A DNA stretch of 64,000 nt from Peribolospora baueri. Lineage: Eukaryota. The stretch is taken from NCBI GenBank assembly GCA_029717555.1, contig JAMDHS010000066.1, forward strand, positions 1 through 64,000, read 5' to 3'. Of the stretch, positions 22,225 through 34,955 are shown piece after piece. The notes beneath the pieces were generated by a model, which was not told where the DNA came from, made no database searches, and saw nothing but the letters and a program-made list of their open reading frames with translations. Made by a program: the position numbers and the translations under genes. Numbering within the stretch: the first letter of the stretch is position 1; every line of letters starts with the position of its first letter.

Positions 22225-25200
22225 TCACAGCTGGTCCTGCAAGAGCGAATCGATGGTCGAGTTGATAAACGCCTTCTTGGGCGCGATCGGCGCGCCGTAC
22301 TTGTTCTCCAACATTTCTCGCAGCGCTTTTTTGGTGATCGTCGATAGGTCTGCTTGGGCGATCACTGGGGAAACGAGTGGTCAAGAGGAAGGAACGGGCG
22401 AGATGGTCAGAGTCAGTCTTTTCGCTCTTTTTTTCTTTGTTCCTTCGACACTCACGCTGTCGAAGATCGGCCACGATGCCCTCATCCGGTGGCAAGCCCG
22501 GAGACGGAGACGCAGAGGCCGTGCCCGCACCGGGCGTGCCCACGTCCACGAGCGGAGCCGAGGCCGGCGACGACGTGATGTTGGAGAGCTGCAAGGGAGC
22601 GAAGGACGAACGGTGCTGCAGCTGCTGCTGCTGCTGCTGCTGCAGCTGCTGATACTGATACTGTCCGGCACCGCCAAAGCCGTACAAGCTCTGTTGCTCG
22701 GCCGCAAGGTCACCCTGCGAACCTCCATAGGCGGACGCGCCCGAGTAAAAATTGGCCTGCGGAGGAAAGTTAAACTGGCCGAGCGGGGTCTGGGTGCCGG
22801 TGCCGGAGTGGTGGAAGGAGCCGAGGGTGTACGCCGACGGCTGCCGGCTGTGCGGCACCGGCATGGGCGATCTGGGCATGGCGGTGTCGAAGTAGCCGGA
22901 CGGGGAGGGCGACGGCGCTCCCATGCGAACGCTCCCGGACGTGAACGGTCCGCCGTAAACCGAGGCGCCGCCGTAGATCGAAGCGCCGGGGGAGCCCTTG
23001 TGGGCGCCGCCGGAGGCACCGAGGGGGCCGGCACCGGGGGCGAAGGAGCGCAAGGACTGGACGTCGCCGCGCTCCCAGAGCTCGGCCTCGTACTCGTCCC
23101 ACGACTTGAGCGGGATGACAGACGGGTCAAACTTTCCTTCGTCGTGTACGATCAGCTTCTTGCCATTCTCTCCTTGCACCAGACGAGTGTTACCCCAGGA
23201 AAAGTCGTCCATGTGCCAGAAGGAGTAAAGAGGAAGGAAGAAGGACCAGATGGGGATGCCGATGATGTAGATCACCATCCATCCGATCATCTCCCACTTG
23301 CGGTTGAGGATGAAGATGATGGCCTGTAGACCGTAGATGGCGGCGAGCATGATGAGCGACGTCACCGGCACCTGTTGGCTCGTGGCGGCGATGAGATAGA
23401 TGAGGTAGACGATGTACGCCACCGTGACGGGGGCGATGAGCGTGGAGAGCAGGTCGATGAAAACGATGAACCGCATGGAGAACAAGCAGAAACCGCAGAG
23501 GCCGGGCGTCCAAACAAGCTCAACAAGGTTATGGATCGTCGAGTTGATCCACCGACGTCGCTGGGAGAGGAGCACCCTCCACTCATCCGGCGCCGCCGTC
23601 TTGGCTTTTGCATCGCGGACAAAGATGGTCTTGTAGTTGGGAAAGTGCTTGAGGATGATCGTCGTCAGGTATCGGTCCTCGCCCAAGTGAAGCAGGTTTT
23701 TCATGTGCAGCGTGTCCACCCTGTTCTCCGCATAGTCCTCGATCACCCGGTTGGCGATGAAGAGCGGCTTGTGCGTGTCGGGCGTGCGGAGGCGGAACAT
23801 GGAGAAACAGCCGGGAAGACAGGTGACGGAGCCGAAGAGGGATTCGAACGCCTTTGCGAGATAGTGCGAGATGTAGCTGAAAGAGAAAGAGAAAATAGGT
23901 AGGTGTCATTTTTTTAAAAAAAAAAAAAAAAAGCCGAACGATGACAGCCAACACGACACTCACTATTCGTAGACCTGAAGCATGGTAATGAACGACTTTT
24001 TCGCATTGCTCAAGCTCGTCTCTCCGCAAAGACCAATAACTTTCTTATCCCTCGTGAACGCAGACACGAGCTTGTTCAAGCTCAGCGGCTCCGTCTCCGT
24101 ATCGGCGTCGACTTGGAGGATATACTCGTAAAAGGACGGGTTGACGCCGATCACGTTCTTGATCTGGTGATACATCTCTAGCTCGAGCGGGCTCATGGGC
24201 AAGCCAAAGTGGACCTTGTTGAGGAAACGCATGAGCACCATCTGACTGTCGCGCTTGCCTCGGTTGCCCGGCCGTTGGCGCTCCGAAGGCTTGCCGCACT
24301 TAACGATCACGATGTAAGGAACGACGTGTCCGGCGTGCTCGTACAAGCCCGCGTACACCTTGCCCATGTTGTGTTGCTTGGCACCCTCGCCGAGCGACAG
24401 GAAGCTCAGCGGCTCCGGATCGAGGTTGGGGTCGACGCCGAGAATGTCGAGCACGATCCGCGGCGTCGGACGGTCGTTGCCGGAGCCAACGATCATGCCG
24501 TCGCAGATGATGACCAGCAGCTTGCGCTTGTCGTCGTACTTGAGCGCAGCCAGCGAATCGATCGTCTTGCGCATCGACTCCTCCCCCTCGGTATAACACG
24601 GCACCTGGCAGAGCACAAACTTGTCATGGTCTTCCGGCGCGCGAACCCTGCCGAACTGGAGCGCGGCAAGAAACTTGAAGCCGATGATGGCGACCATGAC
24701 GATGGAGAGGGCGAGGAGGATGTACCGCGAAAAAAGACATTGGGGCGAGTTTCGACTGTCCACCTTTCCGATAAAGTATAAATTCCGGAGACACACCCGT
24801 TGACGTTCTAGTACGTCTGCGGGCAGGTTGAGCTTGTCAAACTTGGTAGTCACGTCCTTGCCCGGGTTCTGAGTGAAGAGTGAGATGACGGTGTCGTCCA
24901 TAAACTTTAGGTTCGAGTTCGGAGGCGCGCGCATGCCCGGCGGGGCCATCAGGACGCCCTGGTTGCCCTGGGCGATGTACTGGGACACGTCGTAGACGCC
25001 TCCGCGGTAGATGGCCACCGCCGAACCCTTGGAGACTTTTTGGGCAACGGCGGTGGGCGTGAAGCCGAGGAATCCGGTGCGGTAGTTGGAGCGCATGTAG
25101 ATCATCTGCTCGTAGTACCAGTCGGGACGAGCGTCGTCGGTGTGGAAGGAGCGAAAGTCGTGGTACTGCGCGTTCGGGTCCGTCACGTTGCCCGCGTCCA

Positions 25201-28200
25201 TCTGCACCCAGGGGCTCACTTGACCGTCAACGCCGGCACACAGCGCAGAGACTTGGACGGGGAAGAGCTTGGTGGCGTCGACGCCAGCGTAGGCGAGGAT
25301 GGCCTTGTCGGGGACCACGTTGACCGCCGCGCGGTGGCTGTTGAGCAAGTTGGTCAGGTCGAACACCTCGCCGCGGATGGCGGTGTAGGCCTTTGCCGGG
25401 TTGATATACGACTGGAACTCGGACTGGCTGAAGACGTACTCCTTGGGACAGATGAGGTTGCCTAGGACGGCGATGACAAAGACGGCGGCGGCGCAGAGAA
25501 GCCAGATGAGCATGTTGATGGTCAGCTTTTCGCGCCAAGCCATCCGCACGTCCGGTCGCTTGATCCGCCCGATCGAGCTGAGCAACGGTCCAGGTAACCA
25601 AAAAGTAAAGATCCAGACGAGGGCCTTCCACTTTTTGCGCGTCGACGACTCGCGCACCTCGGCCGCCACCTCCTCGCTCGGGAGCAGCGGGGCGGCACCA
25701 CCGGCCGGCACGATCTTCTCGTCCAAGCCGGCGGCGACGGCGGCGCCATCGCCACGACCGCCACCGCCGCCGCCGCGAGCATTGTTGACGTCGGCGAACA
25801 TGTTGCGCGAGGGGGCGTAGAGCTCGGATCCGTAGACGGAGGCAGACTCTCCAAAGCCGAGATGACTCTGGGAGCGAGAGTGAGTCCAGTCGGCGCTGTA
25901 CTCGGTCTTGTTGTCGTCCAAGCCAGCGTCATCGAAGGGCCTCCTGCCGCCGCCGACGAGGGGCAGGGCGGCGGACGAAGAGAAGGGGTCGTCGTAGGCG
26001 GGTGCGCCGGCGGGGTAGTCGTCCTTGCCGGCGTAGGGCGAAAAGGGGTCGCGAGGAGAGACGCCAGCGGCCATCTCGGCCTCGACGGCCGCCTTGGCCT
26101 GGTTGCGCTTGATTTCCTCGGCGTCGTTGGCGCGGAGATCGTCTTCGAGTTCGCGGAAGGCGGCGTGGGTGAGGAAGACCTGGGGGGGCACGCAAAAAGT
26201 CAGCGATGGGTTGGTGGGAGAACCACGCCCGGAACGTTCGCTGCTCACCTTGAACCTGCCTACGACGGCCTCCTCATCGCCCCAGCTCATGAGCTCCCTC
26301 GCATCGTACACCTTCTGCTTCGCCTCTCCCCCTCTAGCAGCCGCCATGGCGGGCACCGCATGGCCCAAACAATCCGTATCTGCGTATCGCTCACAAAACT
26401 CTTCGTGCGTCATGCTCACCGCGTACTCGGCCGCTCTCACACCCGACTCGCCTGACGCGAGCTTTGTCACCATTTCGGGTAGACACAATGAGCGTACTTG
26501 GGCTTTGACGACGCGGGGTTCGAACTGGTGTGGGTGGGAGGAGTCGTTGGGGCGGAGGCAGAAGACGAACCACGGTTTGGTCTCGTCGAGCGTCTCGAAG
26601 AGCGTGTCGAGCGCTGAGCGAAACTCGCCCGCGACGCAGCGCATGCCCGCGTATTTGTTGTTGCTCCCGCCTTTTTTGGCTCCTCCGCCGCCGCCTTCGA
26701 CGGCAGTAGCGCCCTCATCGTCAGAATCGTCGTCGGCCTCGGCGGCGGTGGCAGGCGCCGCCGACGCCGCGTTCTTCCTCGTCCCCGTCCTCCTGAGCGT
26801 GCCAGACCGGCCCAAGCCACCGGGGCCGGCACCGGCGGCCTCCGCGGCGGGCCTGCGCATGGAGGGAGCGCGCATAGGCTTGACGCTCTGCTGAGCGGCG
26901 ACGATGGTAGCCTCGTTGCGCGGGTGGACCTGGGTGGCGATGGCGTCGCTGGCGAAGAGGCCCCTGATGAACGAGTTGGAGCTGCCTGCGGAGGCAGCGG
27001 CGGCAGCAGCAGCAGCAGCAGGCGTCTTGCCGACGCCGCCGTCGTCGTCTCCGCGGAAGAGGCTCACAAAGTCCGGGCTGACGGCCTCCGAGTTGCGCTC
27101 GAGGAAGCCTTCGGGCGAGTAGGTGACGGCGCCGGAAAAGTGGCTGACGACAAAGGTGGGCAGGCCGGACCTGTCGGCGGGGCCGACCTTGAAGGAAGCG
27201 TGATTGGCCCAGCGCTTGGAAAAGGCGTCGATCATGGTGCGGTCGGTCTTCTTGGGCGCCCGGCGGGCCTGGTCGTCCATGATGTGGATCAAGCCTCCGG
27301 GCTGATGGGTGAGCAGGCGGAGGCACTCGGCATTGTCAAAGAAGGGTACGTCGGGGCCGGCAAAGGCGGGGAGACCCTCGGCGTCAAAGTCGTCCCTGTT
27401 GCGCTCGAAGATGTGGCGGAGGGTCCAGCGGTGGAGGCACTCGTTGGCAAAGTTGACGCAAAACTGGTCGAGGCCGTTGGCGCCGGCGCGGCCGAGGTTC
27501 TGGGGGCCGGGGAGGTCGAAGAGGGCGACGTAGTTGGCAAAGTCGTCGCGACAGAGTTTCTGGTTGATGGTCTCGTTGAGCCAAGCGAAGAGGAGGGAGT
27601 AGAGCGTCTTGGCGAGGTCGTCTCGGTGGGCGGAGGCGCCGTCGGCGTCGAGGAGGACGGTGCAGACCTCGGCGCGAATGAGCTTTGTCTTGTAGGTGAG
27701 GGCATCGCGGAGGGCGTTGGAGGGGACGCCGAGAAAGTCGGCGACGAGGTCGAGGACGTCGGGGTTGCTTACGGACGCGGTCTCGGTCGTGCGGTGGCCG
27801 TCCTGGTAGAACTCGAGCTGACCGAGGTGAAGGATGGCGGCGAGGGTCTGACAGGCGTGGGCGACGTGACGCTTGGAGAGGCCGACGTTCTTGAAGGCCT
27901 GCTTAAGGGTGCCAAACTTGGCGGCGTCCTCGCCGGGGGCGGAGCGGGAGCCGGCGAGGTAGCGGAAGGCGGAGGCGGGGCGGTCGTGGATGCGGAGGTG
28001 GGCGCGCTCGTCGGGGGAGGCGCCGGCGACGAGGTAGTAGAAGACGTGGAAGTTGCGCTCGCCGGCGGGGCGTTGGACGACGCGGGTGCGTTCGAGATAG
28101 TAGTCGAGCGTCTTGGCGCCGGCGAGACGTCCGCGGTCGTTGAACTGAAGCTCGGTGTACTTGCCAAAGCGGGAGGCGTTTGGGTTGTCGACGGTGGAGG

Positions 28201-28807
28201 CGTTGCCGAAGGACTCGAGGATAAAGTCGGCGGAGGGGATCTGGACGGTGAGCTTTGCGCCTTTTTTTCCGGGCGCGCTGACGGAGAGGTCGACGAGGCT
28301 CTTGATGGCGAGTCTGCGCATCTCCGACTTTCCGCTACCGGACTCGCCGGTGAAGAGGACGGCCTGATCCTGGCCGGTCCTCCGCATATAAAAATAAGCA
28401 TCGGAGGCGAGCTTGAAGATGTGAGGGGGGAGGTCGATGCGGCGGGTGCGAGAGGTATCGCGGTAGTCGACGGCATAGTCGACCAGGGCGGCGTCGGAGT
28501 TGCGCTGGGTGAACTTGAACGGGTTGACGGCGACGATGGCGAGGGAGGAGGAGGAGGGGGGTGCGGCGAGGGAGGTGTAGATGAGGTCGTGGCGGAAGCG
28601 GTCGCCGAGGAGGGCGACGATGGCGTCGTCGGTGATGGGAGGGGGGAGAGCGGCAAGGGAGGCGGCATCGTTGTCGTTGTCGTTGTCGTTGTCGAGGTCG
28701 AGGTCGTCGTTGTCGTGTCGGGGATGTGGTGGTGGTGGGTGGGCGGCGTGGTCGTCGTCGGCAGCGAGGGCGCCGAAGCGGGAGAAGGAAGAGCGTGTGC
28801 CGGCCAT
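22225..28807 (-). CDS. class V chitin synthase with N-terminal myosin (class XVII) motor domain, Mcs1/CsmA-type
   Basis: P-loop [16 protein letters not shown], cytochrome b5-like segment, VDADT, LGEDRYL, QRRRW, and a C-terminal DEK_C exon ([15 protein letters not shown]...FINSTID); stop at 22225. Confidence 0.95.
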
Positions 28808-30336
28808 GGCGGCGGGGGGAGACGACGGCGGCCGCTTGGGTCGGTGGCTGGTGGGGGGTGGGTGAGCGGGTGGTGGTGGTGGTGGTGGTGGTGGTGGTAG
28901 CGGTAGTAGTGGCAGTGGCAGTTGCGGTGTTACTGCGTGGGCGAGGGAGAGGAAAAAGAGGGGCGGCGGACGAGGGGTAAGGGAGGGGAGGAAAGAAAGA
29001 GAAGGGGGGAGTAGAAGGAAGAAAAGAAGGAAGATGAAGAGAAGGAGTGATGGTGGTGGTGGGCGAAAAAAAAAGGAGGGATGATGAGCGATGAACGAAA
29101 AGAAGGAGCGGTGGCGAGAAGGAGTTGCAGGCCAAACCACGTCAGGGGGCGGACACGGTCGCTCGGCTTGGCTTGCCCCTCGATGCCATCTAATACACAC
29201 ACATAGCAATCACCCAAACAACACACACGACCACGCTCAGTATTCACTCTTCACTCTTCACTCTCCCTATTTCCACATCCACTTCCCCGCCACATCCGCT
29301 AGCCAGGCTTCTCTCCATCTCCGACGCCCGCAGCAGTCAATGCCTCCTCTTCACCGCCAGCCAGCCACGGCCGGTCGTCCCGGTGAGGCAGCGCGGCAAC
29401 GCGGCGTGTGTACCGCACGACGCCCCTGTTAATATGCGCGATCATACCGCCGGACGAGGCGAGGCGAGGACGAAACAGACGGACGGACAGACGGATAGAT
29501 GGATGGACCCGTCGCTCCCTCGCTCGCCTTCGAGCCCCTTCCTTCGCCCCGCTTCTATCCGAGCCCACCGCGACTCGTTCACGTGTCACGTGCCCAGCGT
29601 ATGAACGACAGCTCGACGGACAGATGAGGGGACACAGGCAGGTAGGCAGACGGAGAGACAGACTGACTGACTGACTGACAGAAAAAAATCAGACCACCCT
29701 CATCCGGCGCTGATCGGCGATCGACGCTCATCACGTGATCCAGCACCGCACCCACACGAGTGACCGCCGGCGGCTGCGGCAACATCGAGATGCTGCGGCA
29801 CTCCACTGCACTGCGTGCCTCCCCCTCGAATCGATATCGACGACGCTCTTCTCGTTCTTCTCGGCCGTCACCGACGAGGTCACACCGGCGCCGCCAACCG
29901 ACGGCCAACGTTCCACCGTTCTCTTCCTCTTTTTCTCCTTCCTTCCCCACGCCCCATCTCTTTCTCCTCCCGCCGCCCATCCACACCGTCTTCCTTCTTC
30001 GCCACCAAGCGCTCCCTATAAATTCCGCCACCTCACCGGCGTGGTGGGCGACGACGACGGCGGCGACCACCACCAACACCACCACTACCACGGCCGACGC
30101 CTGATAGACACTCTATCGACCGCCACCACCGCCAACGCTTCCTTGCGCGCCGCCTTGCCCCGTCTCGGACGATTCCGGTCCACCCCCTCTTCCGTCCGAT
30201 CTCCTCGGCTCGGCTCGGCCTTTCCGACGCCTCCGTCGTCACACACCGCTGTCACACGACGCGACACGGCCCGCTCTCCCTTCTCTCCTTCCTCCCACCA
30301 CCACCACCACCTCTTCTGTTAGACGCACGCGACAAG

Positions 30337-33283
30337 ATGAAGGGCGTCTCGCGCACGACGCGCATCTGGACGCTCCTCGTCATCGACGTTGCTTTCTTTT
30401 TTGTTGAAATCATCATCGGTGCGTTCTTTTTCCTTCTCCCGACCTGACCTCATCTCATCTCATCTCTTCTCATCTTGCTTGCCCACCCAGGTTATGCCGT
30501 CGGCTCTCTCGCCCTCGTCGCCGACAGCTTTCACATGCTCAACGATGTCCTATCGTCAGTGCCTTTTCTTCCTCTCATCCTCTCTTTTCTCCCTCTCATC
30601 CTTTCCTTCTCTCCCTCTCATCCTCTCCTTCTCTCCCTCTCCCCCAGCCTCATCGTCGCCCTTTACGCCGTCAAGCTCGCCGCACGCCACCCGTCTTCCA
30701 ACCCCCGCTACTCCTACGGTTGGCAGCGTGCCGAGATCTTGGGCGCCCTCATCAACGGCGTCTTTCTCCTCGCCCTCTGCTTCTCCATCTTTATGGAGGC
30801 CATCGAGCGCTTCGTCAACGTGCAAGGTGAGCCCTAGCCCGTCTGTCTGTCTCTCTATCTCCACTCACTCCTCTATCTCTTGGCGCCCCCACAGAAATCT
30901 CCAACCCAAAGCTAGTCGTCATCGTTGGCGCATGCGGTCTCGGCTCCAACATCCTCGGCCTCTTTCTCTTCCACGAGCACGGCCACAGCCACGGCCACGA
31001 CCAAGGTCACGGAGGGGCCCATGGCGCTGCCCATGATCATGACGTCGTGGCCCCCACCGCCGACGACGCGGCCAACGTCGACGCGGATGTCCATCCGGAG
31101 CTCGACAACGCCCACTCGCATCATCGTGCCACCGCTCCTCCCGACGACGCTTCCCGCCGCTCGGCCGCCGCAACCTCTTCCAGGAGGACCCGCACGTCCA
31201 TTTTGGACGCCTCGGGCGTGCCCTTCCCCTCCGTTGGCGCCAACGGATCACCCAAACTCCCCTCCTCCGCTACCTTTCCCCGCTTCGGCAAGGCCGCCGG
31301 CACCGGTGCCGGCGCCGGCTTGCCCTCTCCCGTCTCCATGCCCCTCCACGTGTCCTCTCTCGTCAGCGGCGTTGGTGGCGGCGGCGGTGGCGGACAAGCA
31401 CGAGCGCACCCCTCCCGCCGCACCGTCAGCATGAACGCCGCTTGGCGGGAGCTGGACGAAGGACGTACGAGCCGTGCGCGTCAGGGCAGCGTCAGCAGCT
31501 TGTACGGCCACCCCGCCCAGACGCGTGCGTTTGTCGTGCAGGCGGCCCACGAGATGGGATATGATCGTGGCAGGGATGGCAGTGGCGGCGTGAGCGCGAG
31601 CGTGAGTGCGAGCGCGAGTGACGCGGAGGACGACTCGGATAGCGGCGATGATGACGGTCTGCGTAAGTGGGCTCGGCACGCGCGTGTGGGCAGTGATGGT
31701 GCGACGCAGCTCAGCAGGAGCGTGCCGACGGAGATGGGCCGGAGGAAAGGCACGGCGGGCACGCTAGGCGATAGGTTGGACGCTGAGGACGCCGTCGTAA
31801 GCGAGGAGGAGGAGTCTGAGGAGGGCGATCTTGCGCGCGCTAGCACGGGCGAGGTGCTGTTGGACATTGATGACGTGTCCGAGGACGACGGCGATGTCGG
31901 CGGCGAGGGCGAGGGCGAAACGGAGGCGGCGAGGGCGCTGGAGAGGAGCTGCGACTTCGACCTCGAGGCTGGCCGCTCGCACGGCCACAGCGTGACCGAC
32001 GTGGACAGCGAGGCGGCGGCGGCGGGTGACGGCAAGAAGAAACAGCGCCGTCTCCGCTTCGGTCGATCCCATGCTCGCTCCCGCTCCCGCTCCCACTCTC
32101 TTTCTCACTCTCACGGTCACTCTCACGGTCACGCCCACGGACACGGTCACGGACACGGTCACGGACAGGGCGGCGAAGGCTCGATGAACATGCGCGGCGT
32201 CTTCCTCCACGTCCTCGGCGACGCCCTCGGCAACGTTGGCGTCATCGCTGCGGGCCTCTTCATCGCCTACACCGACTTTAAGTGGCGCTTCTATGCCGAC
32301 CCGCTCATCAGCTTTGTCATCACTTGCATCATCTTTAGCTCTGCTTTGCCGTTGGGTGAGCCCCTTGCCTGTCGTTCGTTGTCAGACCGCGTGCGTCGAC
32401 TGACCCATAATTTCTTTTTTCGCTCACCCATAATTTCTTTTTTCGCTCAGTCCGCTCCGCGTCCTTCATCCTTCTCCAGGGCGTCCCGTCGACGATCCCC
32501 ATCGGCCGCGTCAAGGCGTCCATCCGCGACATCCCCGGCGTGCTCTCCATCCACGAACTGCACATCTGGCAACTCTCCGAATCCAAAGTCGTCGCCTCGG
32601 TCCACGTCCTCGTAGACGTGAGCAGGACGAGCAACGCAGAATACATGCGCGTCGCCGGCCTCATCCGACGCGTCCTCCACTCTTATGGCATTCACTCTAG
32701 TACGATTCAGCCCGAGTTTGTTGGAGACGTAGCCGGCCTCGCTGGATTGGTCGGTGTCGTGCCTGAGGAGCCGGAGGAAGGAGGGAGAGGCGATGCGGGC
32801 GCACTGACGACGACGAGGGAAGGGAACGGAGACGGGGACGCCGACGGCGGCGGTGGTGGTGGTGGACCAATGGGCGGCGCCGACGGCGGTGGCGGAGGAG
32901 GAGGGACGACGCAAGGACCGGCGGCGCAGGCACCGGCGAGCGGCGCGGGATCGGGCGCGCAGAGCGGGACGAGGACGCCGGCGGATCAGGTCGTGGATGT
33001 GGTCACGAACGAGTTGGTGAGTCGACAGTTCGACCTAACCCTTGTACCGTTTGGCGTCGCCTTGACCTCGCTTCCCCTCTCCTTCGTTCCAGGGACGCAA
33101 CGAGACGGCCTGTCTGCTCCGCTGCGCCGACGACGGTGACTGTGCCGACGCGGCATGCTGCCCTGTACCCCCGCTCGTCCCCGTCCCCGCTGAAGGGGGC
33201 GCCTCTTCCGGCAACGGCTCGTCCCAGGGTCAGCCTGGATCGGCGGCGGGGGCGGGGGCGGGGGCTGGGACGAACGGAGAAGG

Positions 33284-33317
<34 letters not shown>

Positions 33318-33383
33318 GGCGGCGGGTTTTTCGGCTTGAGCAGCAGGAGCTCGGCCAACGCTGGTGGCAGAGGCGGTCGGTGA
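30337..33383 (+). CDS. ZRC1: CDF family zinc/cobalt transporter (Zrc1/Cot1-type)
   Basis: SLALVADSFHMLND, YSYGWQRAEILGALINGVFL, His-rich loop, MNMRGVFLHVLGDALG, IHELHIWQL, IHSSTIQPEF, C-terminal Cys cluster. Confidence 0.93.
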
Positions 33384-34271
33384 AACGTCCCGTTCCCGGC
33401 CTGACTTGGCTTTCTTGCATGCTTGTTTGCTTGTTGATCGGCCGACGCGCGCGCGCGTCAGTAGGTAGATAGAGGCAGGGGAAGAAGCCGAGTTTTGTTT
33501 TTTGTTTTGTCTTTTCTTGCGGGAGGACATTGTCAGTTTGCTTGTTTTATTTGTTTGTCTTTTGTCGTCTGTCTGTCGTCCGTCATCAGTCATCCGTCCC
33601 GTCATCCGTCGTCTGTTGTATGTTATCTGTTGTACGTCTCGGCTCGGCTCGGACGCATTTTGCCGGCATCCTTTTGGCATGGCATACATGCATGGCATCC
33701 CTCTTTCCTTCCTTCTCGTCTTCCCCATCTGTGCCGGACAATTCATCCGGTCATTCGTCCATCCATCCATCCATCGTCTTGCCACCAGACGGGTCCTAGT
33801 GGTGTGTCGCTCGCTCGCCACCGCCACCAGTTCACGGTCCGGCGCAACATTCCCTCCCTCGCGCCCAGCCGGCCCTGGACCGACGAGACGGGCGCGCGGC
33901 GCGGGGCGAGCGAAGAGAGAAGAGAAAGAAAAGAAAGAAAGAAAGAAAGAAAGAAAGGGTAAGCAAAAAGCAAAAGAGGAATAGGCGCGGGCGCGGCGCG
34001 ACCGTTAGTTAGTTAGTTAAGCCTTGGTCAGCGTCGTTGGGTGGCATGGCATGTAAGCATGTATGTGCGCTTGTATGTTGGGTACGGATGTGCGAGGACG
34101 AGCCGTCTGCTTTACCCCTCCCTCCTCCCTCCCTCACTCAAGACGGACGGCCGGAAGGAGGGACGGACGGACGGAGTGGTCAAACGACAAGCAGACATTT
34201 ATCTATCTGGCTCTCTCCATCTCGATCTCGATCTCGACCGACGTGACGTGACGTGACGTGACATGCTCGCG

Positions 34272-34302
34272 ATGGATGGATGGATGGATGGATGGATGGA
34301 TG
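34272..34302. repeat. (GATG)n microsatellite, preceded by (ACGTG)n at about 34241-34262
   Basis: Directly visible. Confidence 0.85.
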
Positions 34303-34955
34303 GCGATGTGGGTCAATGGCGGAGCTCCTACGACTCCAACTCCGACTGGTACTAGACTAGCTACATTGGCAAGATGCGACGCGAGGCAGGGCGGGGCGCC
34401 CCAGAAAAAAAAATGCGACGGACGGACGACGGACGACGGACAAGAGGTCAAACTAGAAAATGGCAAGAGAGACGAAGGGGCGGTGCGAACTTGCACATGC
34501 GAAGAAGCCGGCCGGGTCTGGACTAGGCTGATGCGAAGGAAAGGGGGCCGTGGAGAAAGAAAAGGCGGCAGCAACGTCGGGTAGGAGGCCCAAGGCAGGT
34601 CGGAGAGTCTCGAGGGGCAAAAGGTTACATGCACGCGGGGAATCGGAAGCCGGCGTTTTTGAGTGCGACCGACGAACACGAAGCGGCAGATCATGCAAAA
34701 TGGGGAGGAGCGTGCTCAAAGGAAGGACGGGTGTCGCCCAGATGACGCCTCGGATCCATGAAGGGTACGACGGGACGGGACAGCGCGTCGGCGCTGGGGC
34801 CGACGACGACGACGACGACAGCAAAGCTTCCCACGACCGTCGCTGGCGTTTGGAAGCGCCGGATTTTACAGTAGACAAGGATGGATTAGATGGCGGCGAA
34901 GACGAAGGTAGGGAAAGAGGCGCCGTAAAAGCGGCGTCGGGCGCGTGTGGGACGC

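Noticed and set aside
26924..28900. 658-aa plus-strand ORF
   Set aside because: Antisense shadow of the codon-biased myosin domain of the chitin synthase; V/G/E-rich with no motifs.
28808..30336. Head-to-head class VII chitin synthase partner as in filamentous ascomycetes
   Set aside because: The divergent neighbour is the CDF transporter; no second chitin synthase is in the window.
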